Positions 31,865-43,017 of a stretch of DNA of 64,000 nt are shown here, piece after piece. Numbering within the stretch: position 1 is the stretch's first letter; the number at the start of each line of letters is the position of its first letter. This stretch comes from a virus. Made by a program: the position numbers and the translations under genes. Location: positions 40,737 to 104,736 of the IMG/VR virus record IMGVR_UViG_3300007735_000798, one strand, 5' to 3'. The notes under the pieces are model-generated. The model ran no database searches, was not told where the DNA came from, and worked only from the letters and a program-made list of their open reading frames with translations.

Positions 31865-32242
31865 TTATTTAATCCAACTGGCGGCAAAGATTTTATCTGA
31901 AGAACCTCTGGCTGTATGGGCGTATTGGGCGATAGCTTGTACATTGTTTGTATAAGCATAAGTTCTCCAAGAACCCATTTTATCGTATGTAAAAAGTTGG
32001 TTTTTTCCTGGAGGGTAAAGATAGGCAACCATCGCATGACCGCGTATTTTTCCAGTTTGCGAGTCTTTCCATGAATAACGGAAAACTTCAGACCAAACAC
32101 CATATTTTCTTAAAGATTGTTTAAATATAATTGCTGTAGGCAAGCAAGCATTAACCTCTTGCTCCATCCAAAATTCTGGATTAGTTGGAGTTGTTTCGCA
32201 ACCAGTTAAAATTAATAAGAAAATTAATAATAAATATTTCAT
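31865..32242 (-). CDS. Lipoprotein with possible Cys-His-Asp triad
   Basis: Lipobox ILTGC; NACLP...GHAMVAY...YD. Confidence 0.55.
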   Translation of the reverse strand: MKYLLLIFLLILTGCETTPTNPEFWMEQEVNACLPTAIIFKQSLRKYGVWSEVFRYSWKDSQTGKIRGHAMVAYLYPPGKNQLFTYDKMGSWRTYAYTNNVQAIAQYAHTARGSSDKIFAASWIK

Positions 32243-32595
32243 TAAGAAGTAACTTCTGTAACAGTTCCGTCTGAATTAAAATTAAATTCTGGCAATGAAG
32301 CCAAACGAGCATTTATATCCGCAACAAGATCGTCACGTTTTCCAGTCAATTGACCGATCATAAATTGTGTTAGTGCGCTATTTAATTGAAATAATTCAAC
32401 AGCATTTGAGCCTAAAATTTGTAATTTTTGTGGTCGTAAAGATGGATCTCTATGCAAAGTGTCAAAACTTTGAGTCCACATCGTATATAAAAAGTCAAGT
32501 ATTCGACTAGGAGATTCTAATACTTGTTTCATTTCTTCAACCAATTTTAATTGATTAAATTCGGGAGATTGAATATTACCATTTAATAAGCTCAT
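32242..32595 (-). CDS. Hypothetical late protein
   Basis: 117 aa; GTGTAATA motif upstream. Confidence 0.6.
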   Translation of the reverse strand: MSLLNGNIQSPEFNQLKLVEEMKQVLESPSRILDFLYTMWTQSFDTLHRDPSLRPQKLQILGSNAVELFQLNSALTQFMIGQLTGKRDDLVADINARLASLPEFNFNSDGTVTEVTS

Positions 32596-32616
32596 AAGTT
32601 TATATTACACGTATTA

Positions 32617-35600
32617 TTACCAAGTTGTTAATGCTGAACGTTTCCATGAGTTTCCACTAACACAAACGTAGATAAAATCATTATCCCAAGAAATTTGTCC
32701 ACGAGTTCCAGCTGATCCAGTACTTGTTGGCACTGTTGGATTTGGAATTATAATTCCAGAAGATGCTATATTAACATTTGCACCAGTTAATGTAAGATCA
32801 CGTAAAGTTCCATTTTGAGTTCTTTGGGTGCCTACAATAAAATTATTATTTTGCCAACCAACAAGTCCAAACTCACCAGTATTAGTACCAGTTAAATTAT
32901 ATACTCTAAATTGTTGGGCATTTGTTCCATTTACTTGAGACAAAATATTTGCTGCGTCACGAGTAATGAATAAATCACAACCTTGATCTAAACTTCTACC
33001 ATGCCCCTGAGTTTGTCCAAAAGCCAAATGACCACCTCCTATAACATATAAATTTTGAGTTAATAAACCATATCCAGCACCAGCACCACCACGAAAAGTT
33101 ATTGCATTATTATTTTGATAAGATGCTAAGCTCATCATATATCCATTATCCCCACGATTTAGTGCGAATTCGGAAATTCCATTGGTTAAACTTGTTGTAG
33201 AAAAAGTTCCATTTTTATTAAAAATAAAATTATTATCGTAAAAATATACAAGGCCACTCGGCTTCATTAAGATATTATTGCCAGTTAAAATTAAATCTCT
33301 TAATGTTCCACTTGTTCCGATTCTTGTCCCAATAATTCCAGTAGTACCAGTCCATCCAAGTGTTAAAAATTCACGGGTGGCAAAATTATTTGTTGTTCCA
33401 GAATATATTTTATAAATATTAAAACCTTGATTGTTTGTGCCTATAGTGTCATTGGCACCATAGGAATCTCTAAGTCCAATATATCTATTTGTACCTTCTC
33501 CAAATAAATATCCAGCACTATTAAGAGTTAAATTATTATTTAAAGAAACAAAATTAGCATCAATTGTTATAGCTGTTCCAGCTGAATAACCAATGGTCAT
33601 ATTATTTGTATTTGGCGTAATTTGATAATAATTTGCGCTACTAGGATTCGATAAATAAATACGACTCGTTCCAGCCCCAGTTGTGCCAATATATAAATCT
33701 CCAGTTGGAATTCTAATATTTCGACCGCTTAAAGCAACATCTCTGAGAATTCCACTTTGTGTGGCTTGTGTGCCAATTACAAGTATATTTTGGCCAATTC
33801 CAGTTCCTGTGGCTTGCCATCCAAAAATTCCAAATTCGCCACTATTTGTTCCAGTACTATTAAAAACTCTTAATCTTTGCGGGTTTGTTCCATTAACAAT
33901 ATCTATACCCGTTGCAAATGTTTTTATACCACTTATTGTTTGATTGCCAGTTAAAGCCACTGCTCCGATAAGATGTGGATCAATTGGATCAGTACCATCC
34001 GTATAATGAGAAATATTATGAGAATAAATTGGCTGGATTCTCATAAATCCACCAGACCAATTATTTAACGGTAAATTTGCAGATAAACTATTGGGTGTTA
34101 CTTGTGGAGAAGCATCTTGCAAAATATTATTATATGTATACCACCAACGAGAGGTACCAGTATTAAAATAAATTTCTACCCCAGTGAGTCCAATTCCACT
34201 ATAATAATAACTAGGATTTGGAAAAACTATAGTTCTATATTCTGGACGTTGAATGAAATTATAAATACCTGGACCAGAAAAACCCCCTTTGATTAATGAG
34301 ACTGGAAAATTTGATGTAATATCATTTTCTACAAATCTTTTTTGCCCACTAATATTTTGATTTCCAAAAACTAATATAGAGTTGCCACTTAAATTATTTA
34401 TCTTCGTGTCAAGTGTTGAACCTGTCGAAGCGAGGCTCGTAATCGTAGCAAATCCAGTATAATTTTCAATATCTTTTATTACCGCAATTGTTTGTGTGGT
34501 CCCAGTTGGATATTTAGTAAAATCATAATATAATGTTCTATTTACGCTATTAATATATAGTTGAGCGTCTTCCAAATAAAATGTACTATATTCACTATTT
34601 GGCGCATCAAATGTTTGTATAGTTGGAGTAGAGGTTTGACCATATTCTCCAATACGAATTCCAGATCTAAATGTTTTTAGCCCTGTAATACTTTGATCGT
34701 TAGTTGTGTAAACAATGGTTTCTGGTAGTTGAGCGGCCTCTCCACTTAAAAGTACGCCAGTTCCATTAACAACAGGGCGATTAGTAAATGTAGCTACACC
34801 ATTTAATATTGAAAGTGATGTATTACCAGGAGCCCCCCCGCCATATTGAAAACTTCCATCGGACATTTTGACTGCTATTACTTCATCACTAGTTGTTATT
34901 AAACCTACTTCATTACTATGAGCGCCATCAGTTATTCTTACTTGTCCTATATTATTATTGCCAAAAAATGTTTGATAAGAAGTAAAAGTTTTAATCCCAT
35001 CAATAGTTTGATCACCAGTTGTAAATACAATATTACTATCACTTGAATTGATGTACCCACTAAGATTATTTATCTTTGTGTCAAGTGTCGAGCCAGTTGA
35101 TGCAAGATTCGTAATAGTAGCGTAATTAGATAAATCAACACCTGTTATAAAACCGCTAGGATTATTTTTTGTATAAAAAGTATTATCAACAAATCCGCTA
35201 TAATTAGTAATATCTGTTGTAGAGGCAATTTTTGCAAGCGTACTTAAATCACTATTTCGAGTGGTGGTTCCAAAGACCCATTGATTAGCAGGAACATCAT
35301 AACCAATAATTGCACCAATACTATTTATTCCAGTCATTCCAGACCCTGTGACTATAAAGATACCAGCATCGCGTGCGCCACCAGTAGCATTTAATAAAAG
35401 ATAATTATTAGCCACATTTGTACTGGTTGTATTGACAATTGTTTGTGTCCCAGTTACATAAAGATCTCTAATATAAACTTCATTATTAAAACGTTTAATA
35501 CCACTAACTGTTTGATTTCCACTCGTAAATAAAACATTATTACTATTCAACAAATCAATAGCTGAAGTTCTAAAAACTTGAGATGTTCTAAGATTAAGTG

Positions 35601-36792
35601 GTGAACTTGTAAATCCTAATAAGTCGTTAATAGAACTAGCATTTGCACCCATTTCGACAAAGGGAGCTCGAAGAACAGAGGCTCCCATCCAAGCACCCTC
35701 AAGTGGAGAATACCCACCAACCTGTAAAACTGAACTACCGCCACCACTTATTAATTTATATCCGCCAATAGTTTGATGACCAGTAGTAAAAACAATATTA
35801 CTACTAGGAGAATTAATGTACCCACTAAGATTTGTAATTCTAGTATTAAGCGTCGAACCTGTTGAAGCAAGATTTATCGCAAGCGTCGAACCAGTTGACG
35901 CAAGGTTCGTGATAGTCGCATAATTTCCCGTTAAATTTCCACTTAAAGAATTAATTTTTGTATTAAGAGTTGAACCAGTTGACTCAAGATTTATAATTGT
36001 TGCGCCCTCTCCACTTAAAAGAACCTTAACATTATTTACAGTTGGAGTTTGATCAAAATTTGTATTACCAAAAATTTCTATTCCATTATTATCAATATTT
36101 AAATACTTTGAAGAATATCCAATTCCAGCATTTATTTGATCAATATATACCCAACCATGAGCACTATCTAAATTTTCACTATCAATCCAAAAATATCCTC
36201 CAGTTTGAATTAAAAAAGTTTTATTCCCACTTATTGATTGCTCACCACTTGTATAAACTATAGTATCTGGTAACTGTGCCGCCTCCCCACTTAATAAAAC
36301 TCCAGTTCCATTAATAAATGGTCTAGAAATAAATGTTTTAACACCTGTAATGGTTTGATCTCCTAATTTTAAAACAGAGATATCGTTCAAATTATTAATA
36401 AATGTTAATAAATTCGATCCAGTTAACTCAAGACCTGTAATTGTGGCATAAGTATTTCCAAGATTATTAATTTGAGATTGTAATATAGAACCAGTTGACT
36501 GTAAATTTATGATTGTAGAAAAAGTATTATTTACGTATCCACTATAATTTAATAAATCTCCAGAAGTTACTAATCCACCAGTAATACCAAGACTTTCTTT
36601 TGTGATTACAACAAACCCAATTTGTCCATTAACGCTTTGAACTGGAGCATAGTTTTCCGATAAACTAATAATAATCGGCTGCTCTGTAATATGGGCCGTT
36701 ACATTATCAATTTGAGAAAAAGAAGTCGCGCCAGAAACATTAACAAATGGATCTGTTTCTATTACTAAATTAATCTCTTCATCGAACCACAT
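32617..36792 (-). CDS. Tail fibre protein
   Basis: 1391 aa; repeats TG(D/N)QTIxGxKTF and YATITNLASTGSTL; C-terminal GTRGQISWDNDFIYVCV...WKR module. Confidence 0.8.
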   Translation of the reverse strand: MWFDEEINLVIETDPFVNVSGATSFSQIDNVTAHITEQPIIISLSENYAPVQSVNGQIGFVVITKESLGITGGLVTSGDLLNYSGYVNNTFSTIINLQSTGSILQSQINNLGNTYATITGLELTGSNLLTFINNLNDISVLKLGDQTITGVKTFISRPFINGTGVLLSGEAAQLPDTIVYTSGEQSISGNKTFLIQTGGYFWIDSENLDSAHGWVYIDQINAGIGYSSKYLNIDNNGIEIFGNTNFDQTPTVNNVKVLLSGEGATIINLESTGSTLNTKINSLSGNLTGNYATITNLASTGSTLAINLASTGSTLNTRITNLSGYINSPSSNIVFTTGHQTIGGYKLISGGGSSVLQVGGYSPLEGAWMGASVLRAPFVEMGANASSINDLLGFTSSPLNLRTSQVFRTSAIDLLNSNNVLFTSGNQTVSGIKRFNNEVYIRDLYVTGTQTIVNTTSTNVANNYLLLNATGGARDAGIFIVTGSGMTGINSIGAIIGYDVPANQWVFGTTTRNSDLSTLAKIASTTDITNYSGFVDNTFYTKNNPSGFITGVDLSNYATITNLASTGSTLDTKINNLSGYINSSDSNIVFTTGDQTIDGIKTFTSYQTFFGNNNIGQVRITDGAHSNEVGLITTSDEVIAVKMSDGSFQYGGGAPGNTSLSILNGVATFTNRPVVNGTGVLLSGEAAQLPETIVYTTNDQSITGLKTFRSGIRIGEYGQTSTPTIQTFDAPNSEYSTFYLEDAQLYINSVNRTLYYDFTKYPTGTTQTIAVIKDIENYTGFATITSLASTGSTLDTKINNLSGNSILVFGNQNISGQKRFVENDITSNFPVSLIKGGFSGPGIYNFIQRPEYRTIVFPNPSYYYSGIGLTGVEIYFNTGTSRWWYTYNNILQDASPQVTPNSLSANLPLNNWSGGFMRIQPIYSHNISHYTDGTDPIDPHLIGAVALTGNQTISGIKTFATGIDIVNGTNPQRLRVFNSTGTNSGEFGIFGWQATGTGIGQNILVIGTQATQSGILRDVALSGRNIRIPTGDLYIGTTGAGTSRIYLSNPSSANYYQITPNTNNMTIGYSAGTAITIDANFVSLNNNLTLNSAGYLFGEGTNRYIGLRDSYGANDTIGTNNQGFNIYKIYSGTTNNFATREFLTLGWTGTTGIIGTRIGTSGTLRDLILTGNNILMKPSGLVYFYDNNFIFNKNGTFSTTSLTNGISEFALNRGDNGYMMSLASYQNNNAITFRGGAGAGYGLLTQNLYVIGGGHLAFGQTQGHGRSLDQGCDLFITRDAANILSQVNGTNAQQFRVYNLTGTNTGEFGLVGWQNNNFIVGTQRTQNGTLRDLTLTGANVNIASSGIIIPNPTVPTSTGSAGTRGQISWDNDFIYVCVSGNSWKRSALTTW

Positions 36793-36798
36793 TTTAAA

Positions 36799-37140
36799 TT
36801 ATGTTATGTCTCCAATTATTGGAAAGGTTCCTTTTAAATAAGTTCTTGTCATTTCGCCAGAAGCCAATTGAAAATCATAAGAATATGTTTTTGGTTGCAT
36901 TAGCATGCAGGAACCAACTTTTGCATTTAAGCGTACTTCGTTACCCGTAATAACCATTGATGAATCTACGGTTGACCAAGAAAGTACGGAAGAAGAGTTC
37001 ATACTTTCTTTTACTTGGAGATATCCACTAACACCTTCCAAAGAAATTCCACTACCAGAAGAATTATAAAATTTAAATACAATTGGACCATAACTATCGC
37101 CACGATATCCAGTCGGTAAATTATAAAATGCAGGAACCAT
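36799..37140 (-). CDS. BppU-like baseplate/fibre-attachment protein
   Basis: RGD near the N-terminus and YSYDFQL...TYLKG, typical of BppU_N-like proteins. Confidence 0.5.
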   Translation of the reverse strand: MVPAFYNLPTGYRGDSYGPIVFKFYNSSGSGISLEGVSGYLQVKESMNSSSVLSWSTVDSSMVITGNEVRLNAKVGSCMLMQPKTYSYDFQLASGEMTRTYLKGTFPIIGDIT

Positions 37141-37189
37141 ATTTAATTAATTACACTTTATATTTATTTTAATTCATCATTAATTATGA

Positions 37190-38218
37190 TTATGTAGCTA
37201 TATCACCATACATAATATATTTATTATCGCCAGTATGTAAAATACTTGCTTGTGCAAACTGTCCAGAAGTTCTAAATCTACTATTTAAACTATTTATTAT
37301 AACATTTGAACCACTACCAGTAATTCTAACGTTTCCAACACCTATTTGAATAATTGATGCATTAAATCCAACTGGATTTCCGCTTATTATAGTTCCAGTT
37401 ATTTGATTTGCTGAATTTATAAGAATAACATCTGAATTATAATTTTCAGAAATTAAAAAATTATTAGTAATAAAAGTCAATTCTGGTACATAGTTTATTA
37501 ATTTAGAATTTTGTAAATTAATACCCGATTGAAAAATTCCAGTATTAATAAAAGTTTTTGTACCACTAATTGTTTGAACTCCTGTAGTAAATACTATATT
37601 ACTATTTGAAGAATTTATGTAACCGCTTAATGAATTAATACTAGAATTTAACGTTGAACCTGTCGAGCCTAGGTTCGTAATAGTCGCATAATTGCCCGTC
37701 AAGTTTCCGCTTAACGAATTTATCTTCGCGTCAAGAGTCGAACCAGTTGACGCAAGGTTCGTGATAGTGGCATAATTGCCCGTTAATGTTCCACTTAAGG
37801 AGTTAATTTTACTATCAAGAGTGGAGCCAGTAGAAAAAAGGTTTGAAAAGGAGACAGCTTCTCCACTTAAAAGAATTCCAGTGGTACCAACCATAGGTCT
37901 TAATGTAAAAGTTTTTATTCCACTAATTGTTTGATCACCACTATTATAAACTAAACGATTTGAATAAATATTATCGGTAAAAGTAACTTCTCCAGAAAAT
38001 TTTACAATTGTATTACTATCAAAATTAACATTAACTCCAGAATATAAAATAGAATTTGATATAAATGTTTTTGTTCCACTTATTGTTTGCGCCCCACTAG
38101 TAAATACTACATTTGGAAATCCACTCACAATTGGAAAAAAATAACCACTTCCATATTCGCCTACAAGGTCTGAAACATTTGTAGATAATTGTGTTTTACT
38201 AATTAAACTTTTAGCCAT
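37190..38218 (-). CDS. Short tail fibre-like protein
   Basis: Same QTISGxKTF and YATITNLxSTGSTL repeats as the long fibre; C-terminal MYGD. Confidence 0.7.
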   Translation of the reverse strand: MAKSLISKTQLSTNVSDLVGEYGSGYFFPIVSGFPNVVFTSGAQTISGTKTFISNSILYSGVNVNFDSNTIVKFSGEVTFTDNIYSNRLVYNSGDQTISGIKTFTLRPMVGTTGILLSGEAVSFSNLFSTGSTLDSKINSLSGTLTGNYATITNLASTGSTLDAKINSLSGNLTGNYATITNLGSTGSTLNSSINSLSGYINSSNSNIVFTTGVQTISGTKTFINTGIFQSGINLQNSKLINYVPELTFITNNFLISENYNSDVILINSANQITGTIISGNPVGFNASIIQIGVGNVRITGSGSNVIINSLNSRFRTSGQFAQASILHTGDNKYIMYGDIAT

Positions 38219-38219
38219 A

Positions 38220-40142
38220 TTATTTTATTTTACTATGATATAAAAGAATTGCCGTTTTGTAATCAACACCATACTCTTCCGCAATAGTATTTATTTCATT
38301 CATGTTTACAGTTAAAACAACTGGTTTGTTAATATAATCTTCAATTTTATTTGTCCAATTTTTAGGATTTTCATTTGTAGCAATTGTTTCGGCAATAGTG
38401 TTAATAATATCTTTTTGTTCTTTAGTTAATCTTTTACGATCATATTTTTCTTTTAATGCGATTTCTACCGCACTAACTAAATTATCAAATTTAACCAAGT
38501 TTTTAGCTACAAGGTCTGCATTAATTTTTGATTTTTCTTCAGAAGCTTTTACACCAATTTTTCCAGGAGTTTTTGTTGTTTGAGGAGTTCCAGTTCCAGC
38601 AGGACGACCAATTTGACTTGGAGAAGGAGCGCCGATTCCTTGTGGTTTATTTAAAAGTGGACGATATAAACCTTCCTCGTCTTGAAGTTTTATAAATTCT
38701 TTTTGAGATTTTATACTTTCTTCTGGGAGTGGTAAGCGACCAGTATCAATTGCTGTAATCCCTTCCTCTGGAGTTAAAACCCCAAGTTCAATCATTCTTG
38801 AATAAATACGTGTTAAATTTGCATCATTTTTAAAATCAGCGTCTTTAAATCTAGGAACTGGTAAATTTTTAAATCCTAAATTTTTTGCAATAAGTTTCAT
38901 CTCTGGAATAAGAAAATCATTCATAAAAGTTTCACGAGCATGTTTTAAACGTGAAAGAAATACTTCTATTTTTGTACTTGTATTTGCATATTTTTCTTCA
39001 CCAAAAAGTACATTATTAAGACCATAACGAATATCACGATCCACAACTTCATATTTTCTAGGATCAAGAATTTGCCCAATTTCTGGAATAATAAATTTTA
39101 TATTGGTTGTATAATCACTAACAAGAATACGGCCAACACTTTCATTTTCAAATATTTTTCTTAATGTACTAATTTGTTCTTTGGTGGGCATACCAACTTC
39201 ATCATTTCCCATTGTAACTAATAAAACTGCTTGTTGTATGGTACGACTAATTGCCATATCCATATTTTTAAGTTCTTGTTTCCAATTAATATCTTCAAGA
39301 ACAGGAAAACCCATTGGAACACTAAATGGCTCATAATCTTGTTTTTTATAAAAAATAGGTATAAATTTTTCAGGTTGTAATTCAAAAACCATATATTGGT
39401 TTGTCATACTAAGATTTGCTTTATCCTGTAAATCTTTAATATTTTTAACTCTTGTGGATAATTCTTTATCCTGTTCTGTTTGTGGGTTCGTTAAAACCTG
39501 CATTTCAAAATCATTTAATATTTTAATATAACGTGGGGTAATAAATGATGCAGACCCTATCGCTTGAATATCAGAAGGATTTAAAAGAATATATCGAATT
39601 GGAATTTCTCCAGCACGAGCTTCTGTCGTAATTAAATCTGAAATAACACGCATATCTTGTTTAGTAAATGCGGCGTGTAATTTATATAAAAATACGTTCC
39701 CACTTCTATAAAATTCACGGAAAAACATATCTTGTAAACGCCAAAGATTAATTCTATCTCCCCATGCTTGAAAAAATTTTCTAGACTGTTCATTTCCACC
39801 AGTAAAATAAATAGGTGAACAACTAAATTCAGTCATTAAATCAATAGTATTTCTAAAAATAGAAAAATTATAATAAGCTTTTTGGCATAAAATTATAGTA
39901 TCACGAATACTAATATTTGAACTATATTTACCAGCGCCACCACCATAAATAAAAGGAATAACCCCACCTTCAATATTTTTATATTTATCAGTCCTAGAAA
40001 TACTAGATGCGCGGTTTCTTCTTACAGAAGTATTTACTTCTCCACGGCTTGCTTTTAACTCTATTGTATCTTTAGATTTAATAGACCCTTCAATTACCTG
40101 CGGCTCTGGAAATTTAATATTTTTATTATTATTACGTGCCAT
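38220..40142 (-). CDS. Portal protein
   Basis: 640 aa directly after terminase; REFYRSGNVF and LNP motifs. Confidence 0.75.
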   Translation of the reverse strand: MARNNNKNIKFPEPQVIEGSIKSKDTIELKASRGEVNTSVRRNRASSISRTDKYKNIEGGVIPFIYGGGAGKYSSNISIRDTIILCQKAYYNFSIFRNTIDLMTEFSCSPIYFTGGNEQSRKFFQAWGDRINLWRLQDMFFREFYRSGNVFLYKLHAAFTKQDMRVISDLITTEARAGEIPIRYILLNPSDIQAIGSASFITPRYIKILNDFEMQVLTNPQTEQDKELSTRVKNIKDLQDKANLSMTNQYMVFELQPEKFIPIFYKKQDYEPFSVPMGFPVLEDINWKQELKNMDMAISRTIQQAVLLVTMGNDEVGMPTKEQISTLRKIFENESVGRILVSDYTTNIKFIIPEIGQILDPRKYEVVDRDIRYGLNNVLFGEEKYANTSTKIEVFLSRLKHARETFMNDFLIPEMKLIAKNLGFKNLPVPRFKDADFKNDANLTRIYSRMIELGVLTPEEGITAIDTGRLPLPEESIKSQKEFIKLQDEEGLYRPLLNKPQGIGAPSPSQIGRPAGTGTPQTTKTPGKIGVKASEEKSKINADLVAKNLVKFDNLVSAVEIALKEKYDRKRLTKEQKDIINTIAETIATNENPKNWTNKIEDYINKPVVLTVNMNEINTIAEEYGVDYKTAILLYHSKIK

Positions 40143-40184
40143 AATTTATTATAACAGTTTATTACACTAAAATCTGATATTTTA

Positions 40185-42086
40185 TTAGATTAATTCTGCA
40201 ACAAATGTAGTATTCTTTTTTACAATATTTTCTGGCGCAATTATATCAAAATAAGCTTTTACACCCCAATTTCCTAGCATAAGTGTTGTATAGTTATCTT
40301 TTCTAGCCCTATTTACACTGGTAGATTTTCTTAAATGTGATGGTAAGTCAAAACTTTGAGTACCTCTAGAAGTAGTGCTAACCTCTACATTTGCACATTG
40401 ATCTTTGGTGTCTTGAACTATAAAATCTTGTTGTTCAATAAATTCTCTTACAGTTAATTTTTTAGTTTCATATTCATTATCAGCTTTATCGCCAATTCCT
40501 CTAGGATAAATATATTCCATAGGTAAATTCATAGTAAAAATATTTTCTAAAATATCAGGATGGTTACTAGCTCTAGAGGCAAACCATATTTTTTTATGGT
40601 CTATACAAGTTTGTAAATATGAATTTGCGCGCCCTAAGAAAAAACTTGTAAAATATTGTTTAATACAAATTGTTCCAAAATCTTTATTATATTGTCGAGC
40701 GCAATCTTTTAACATTTTATTATAATCTTCATTTTCTTTATCTGAATCGAAATCTACAAAACCAATTTTGCGATTCATATCTTTAAAAAATTGAGAATTA
40801 TTAACCGCATCAATAAAAGTATCGGCTCCCGCATGGTCAATAATAATTAGTGCAATATTAAAGTTTTTATATAAATAATAAAAATATTTTATATGATCTT
40901 GCAATGAAGATCCAGCAGCCTGGTAACCATGAACTAAAACACCTTGTTTCTTTTCTTCATCTAGTTCAATAACACTCATCGCAAAATAGTCAGCAACCTT
41001 TGAAGAAGAAAAGTTGGGGTCAATAGATAAAATATATTTTTTATCACTATCTCCAATTACTTTTGTTGTAGGATATTCTCCATCTGGAATTGTACACATA
41101 TGCATCTTTTTAGGGGAAAAATAACTATCTCCACCATCAATAAAACGAGCACAATATTCTCTTAAAAACGAATGATGCGAACTTCCACCACTTTTAGCCA
41201 CTTGAATTGCGGCTTGATCTACCATATGGCTAGGTAAAGCTTCATAGCCTAATTGTGAAACAAAATAAGTACCAGGAAGTTCTCCTTCTTTAGTCTCTTG
41301 TTCTTCTGGGTGTTCTATCAAATGTGACCATTGTTGATAAACACGAAATAAATGTTCAAATGTATAACTTGCAGAACTAAGAGCTAACATCTGAGAAGTA
41401 TTTTCAAAGATTTGTTTATTATCAGGATGTAGTAACCCCTTTTTAATTAATTCATCTTCTAATTTTCTAATACGAATTCTTTCGCCTACGTCACGAGGAG
41501 AACTTAAAAATGGAATTAATACATTATCAATAATATCTGGAGGTAAAAGTAAAAACTCATCAAGAATAAGGACGTTCGCTCGAATACCACGAATTTTTTC
41601 ACCAGTTAATGGGATAGCCGTAATACTGCCACCATTTACTTCCCATTCGTATTGGTCATTTCGTTTACTTTTTAAACCAAAACATTGACGAGCCAAAGCG
41701 GCTTGTGGAGAACTCAAAAATTTTTCAATTTCATTAAATACACGACGACTTGTACGAAAGTTAATTGATGCAATAAGAATTTTAGTTCCTGGCTCAAAAA
41801 TACATTTTAAAATACAATAAATAGCCGCACAAAAACTTTTTGCACAACCACGACCCCATACAAGCATGCAATAATTTCTATTAAAAAAGGAATTAATTGT
41901 TAGTTCTTGATACGATTCTAGATTTAAACCCAAAGCTAAATCAGTTGTAAAACCAAGATTATAACGTAAAAATTTTGCAAGAGATACTCTTGCTTCTTGA
42001 TCTGTTAAATCTCCTTTTAATTCTAAAAGATTGTCATTAACAGAAACAAGTTCTTTTTTATTTTGAGATCCTACGATAAGAGCCAT
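40185..42086 (-). CDS. terL: Terminase large subunit
   Basis: Walker A-like GRGCAKS, IRGIRA-ILDE Walker B, LSSA motif III, RNase H-like SIDP...D and C-terminal KD. Confidence 0.9.
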   Translation of the reverse strand: MALIVGSQNKKELVSVNDNLLELKGDLTDQEARVSLAKFLRYNLGFTTDLALGLNLESYQELTINSFFNRNYCMLVWGRGCAKSFCAAIYCILKCIFEPGTKILIASINFRTSRRVFNEIEKFLSSPQAALARQCFGLKSKRNDQYEWEVNGGSITAIPLTGEKIRGIRANVLILDEFLLLPPDIIDNVLIPFLSSPRDVGERIRIRKLEDELIKKGLLHPDNKQIFENTSQMLALSSASYTFEHLFRVYQQWSHLIEHPEEQETKEGELPGTYFVSQLGYEALPSHMVDQAAIQVAKSGGSSHHSFLREYCARFIDGGDSYFSPKKMHMCTIPDGEYPTTKVIGDSDKKYILSIDPNFSSSKVADYFAMSVIELDEEKKQGVLVHGYQAAGSSLQDHIKYFYYLYKNFNIALIIIDHAGADTFIDAVNNSQFFKDMNRKIGFVDFDSDKENEDYNKMLKDCARQYNKDFGTICIKQYFTSFFLGRANSYLQTCIDHKKIWFASRASNHPDILENIFTMNLPMEYIYPRGIGDKADNEYETKKLTVREFIEQQDFIVQDTKDQCANVEVSTTSRGTQSFDLPSHLRKSTSVNRARKDNYTTLMLGNWGVKAYFDIIAPENIVKKNTTFVAELI

Positions 42087-43006
42087 TTTGTATCGAAATA
42101 ATATTGTAAATCAATTTTACAAGCTTCTTCATTCATTGCTAATATATGTAATGTTTTATTTTTAGCATCTTCACGATTATCACAAAAAACAAATTGTAAA
42201 TTATCATATGATCTTAATAATTTACGCATATTATGTGCAATAAATTCCCCAGACGCTTTTCCAAACTTTTGTTTTTGATACATCATATTATTAAGTGTAG
42301 ATTCTACTACTACAACAATATAACCTTCAAGTTTTTTAGCTTTTTCAATTTCGCGTTCAAATCTTTCACGACCACCACTTAAAGTTCCATAAAGATCACT
42401 TAAACTTTTACGCTCAATAGCTAATTTATTATTAGGGTGTAAAGAATAATCTCCATATTCTAACTTAGATTCTATTAATGTATATTTTTCAAACTTAAAT
42501 GGTTTTTGTTCTCTGGAATCTACAATAATTTGTGGTATTGCTGTATATGGAATCTCTACTGGAATTTTATAATTAAATCTAGAATGTAATTCAATTTTCT
42601 GACATAAGTCGTTATAAGATATTCCAGAAAATGCCTCCATTGCGCTTACTGGCAATAAACAATTAATACTTTGACATTCCACCTGAGATGGTGCAATAGT
42701 TAGATTTTTTAAATTACAATATTGTATTAATTTACTTTTAAAATAGTCTATACACTCTTCTTTGGATAGGGTTTTTAACCAATTTTTATAATTTTTTTTA
42801 TCAATAAAATCGCATGTTATATATTGATCAAAAGATTTATATTCTATTTTTTTACCATTAAAACGATCAATTCGTTTGATCCATGTTTCAAAATAAGTTT
42901 TAGCTGATAATTTATGATAATATCTTAAATGTTTTTGAAGTTCGGCAAAATAATTAAATTCTTCGCCACAAACTTTACATTTTAAATATATTTTATTCTT
43001 ATCCAT
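42071..43006 (-). CDS. ERCC4/XPF-family nuclease with N-terminal C2H2 zinc finger
   Basis: CKVC...H...H; IIVDSREQ, GDY, IERKSLSDL. Confidence 0.85.
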   Translation of the reverse strand: MDKNKIYLKCKVCGEEFNYFAELQKHLRYYHKLSAKTYFETWIKRIDRFNGKKIEYKSFDQYITCDFIDKKNYKNWLKTLSKEECIDYFKSKLIQYCNLKNLTIAPSQVECQSINCLLPVSAMEAFSGISYNDLCQKIELHSRFNYKIPVEIPYTAIPQIIVDSREQKPFKFEKYTLIESKLEYGDYSLHPNNKLAIERKSLSDLYGTLSGGRERFEREIEKAKKLEGYIVVVVESTLNNMMYQKQKFGKASGEFIAHNMRKLLRSYDNLQFVFCDNREDAKNKTLHILAMNEEACKIDLQYYFDTKWLLS

Positions 43007-43017
43007 AATATATTATA

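Noticed and set aside
1223-38583. Short plus-strand ORFs inside structural genes (e.g. 11667..12269, 15891..16292)
   Set aside because: Antisense shadows of long minus-strand genes with no independent signals.
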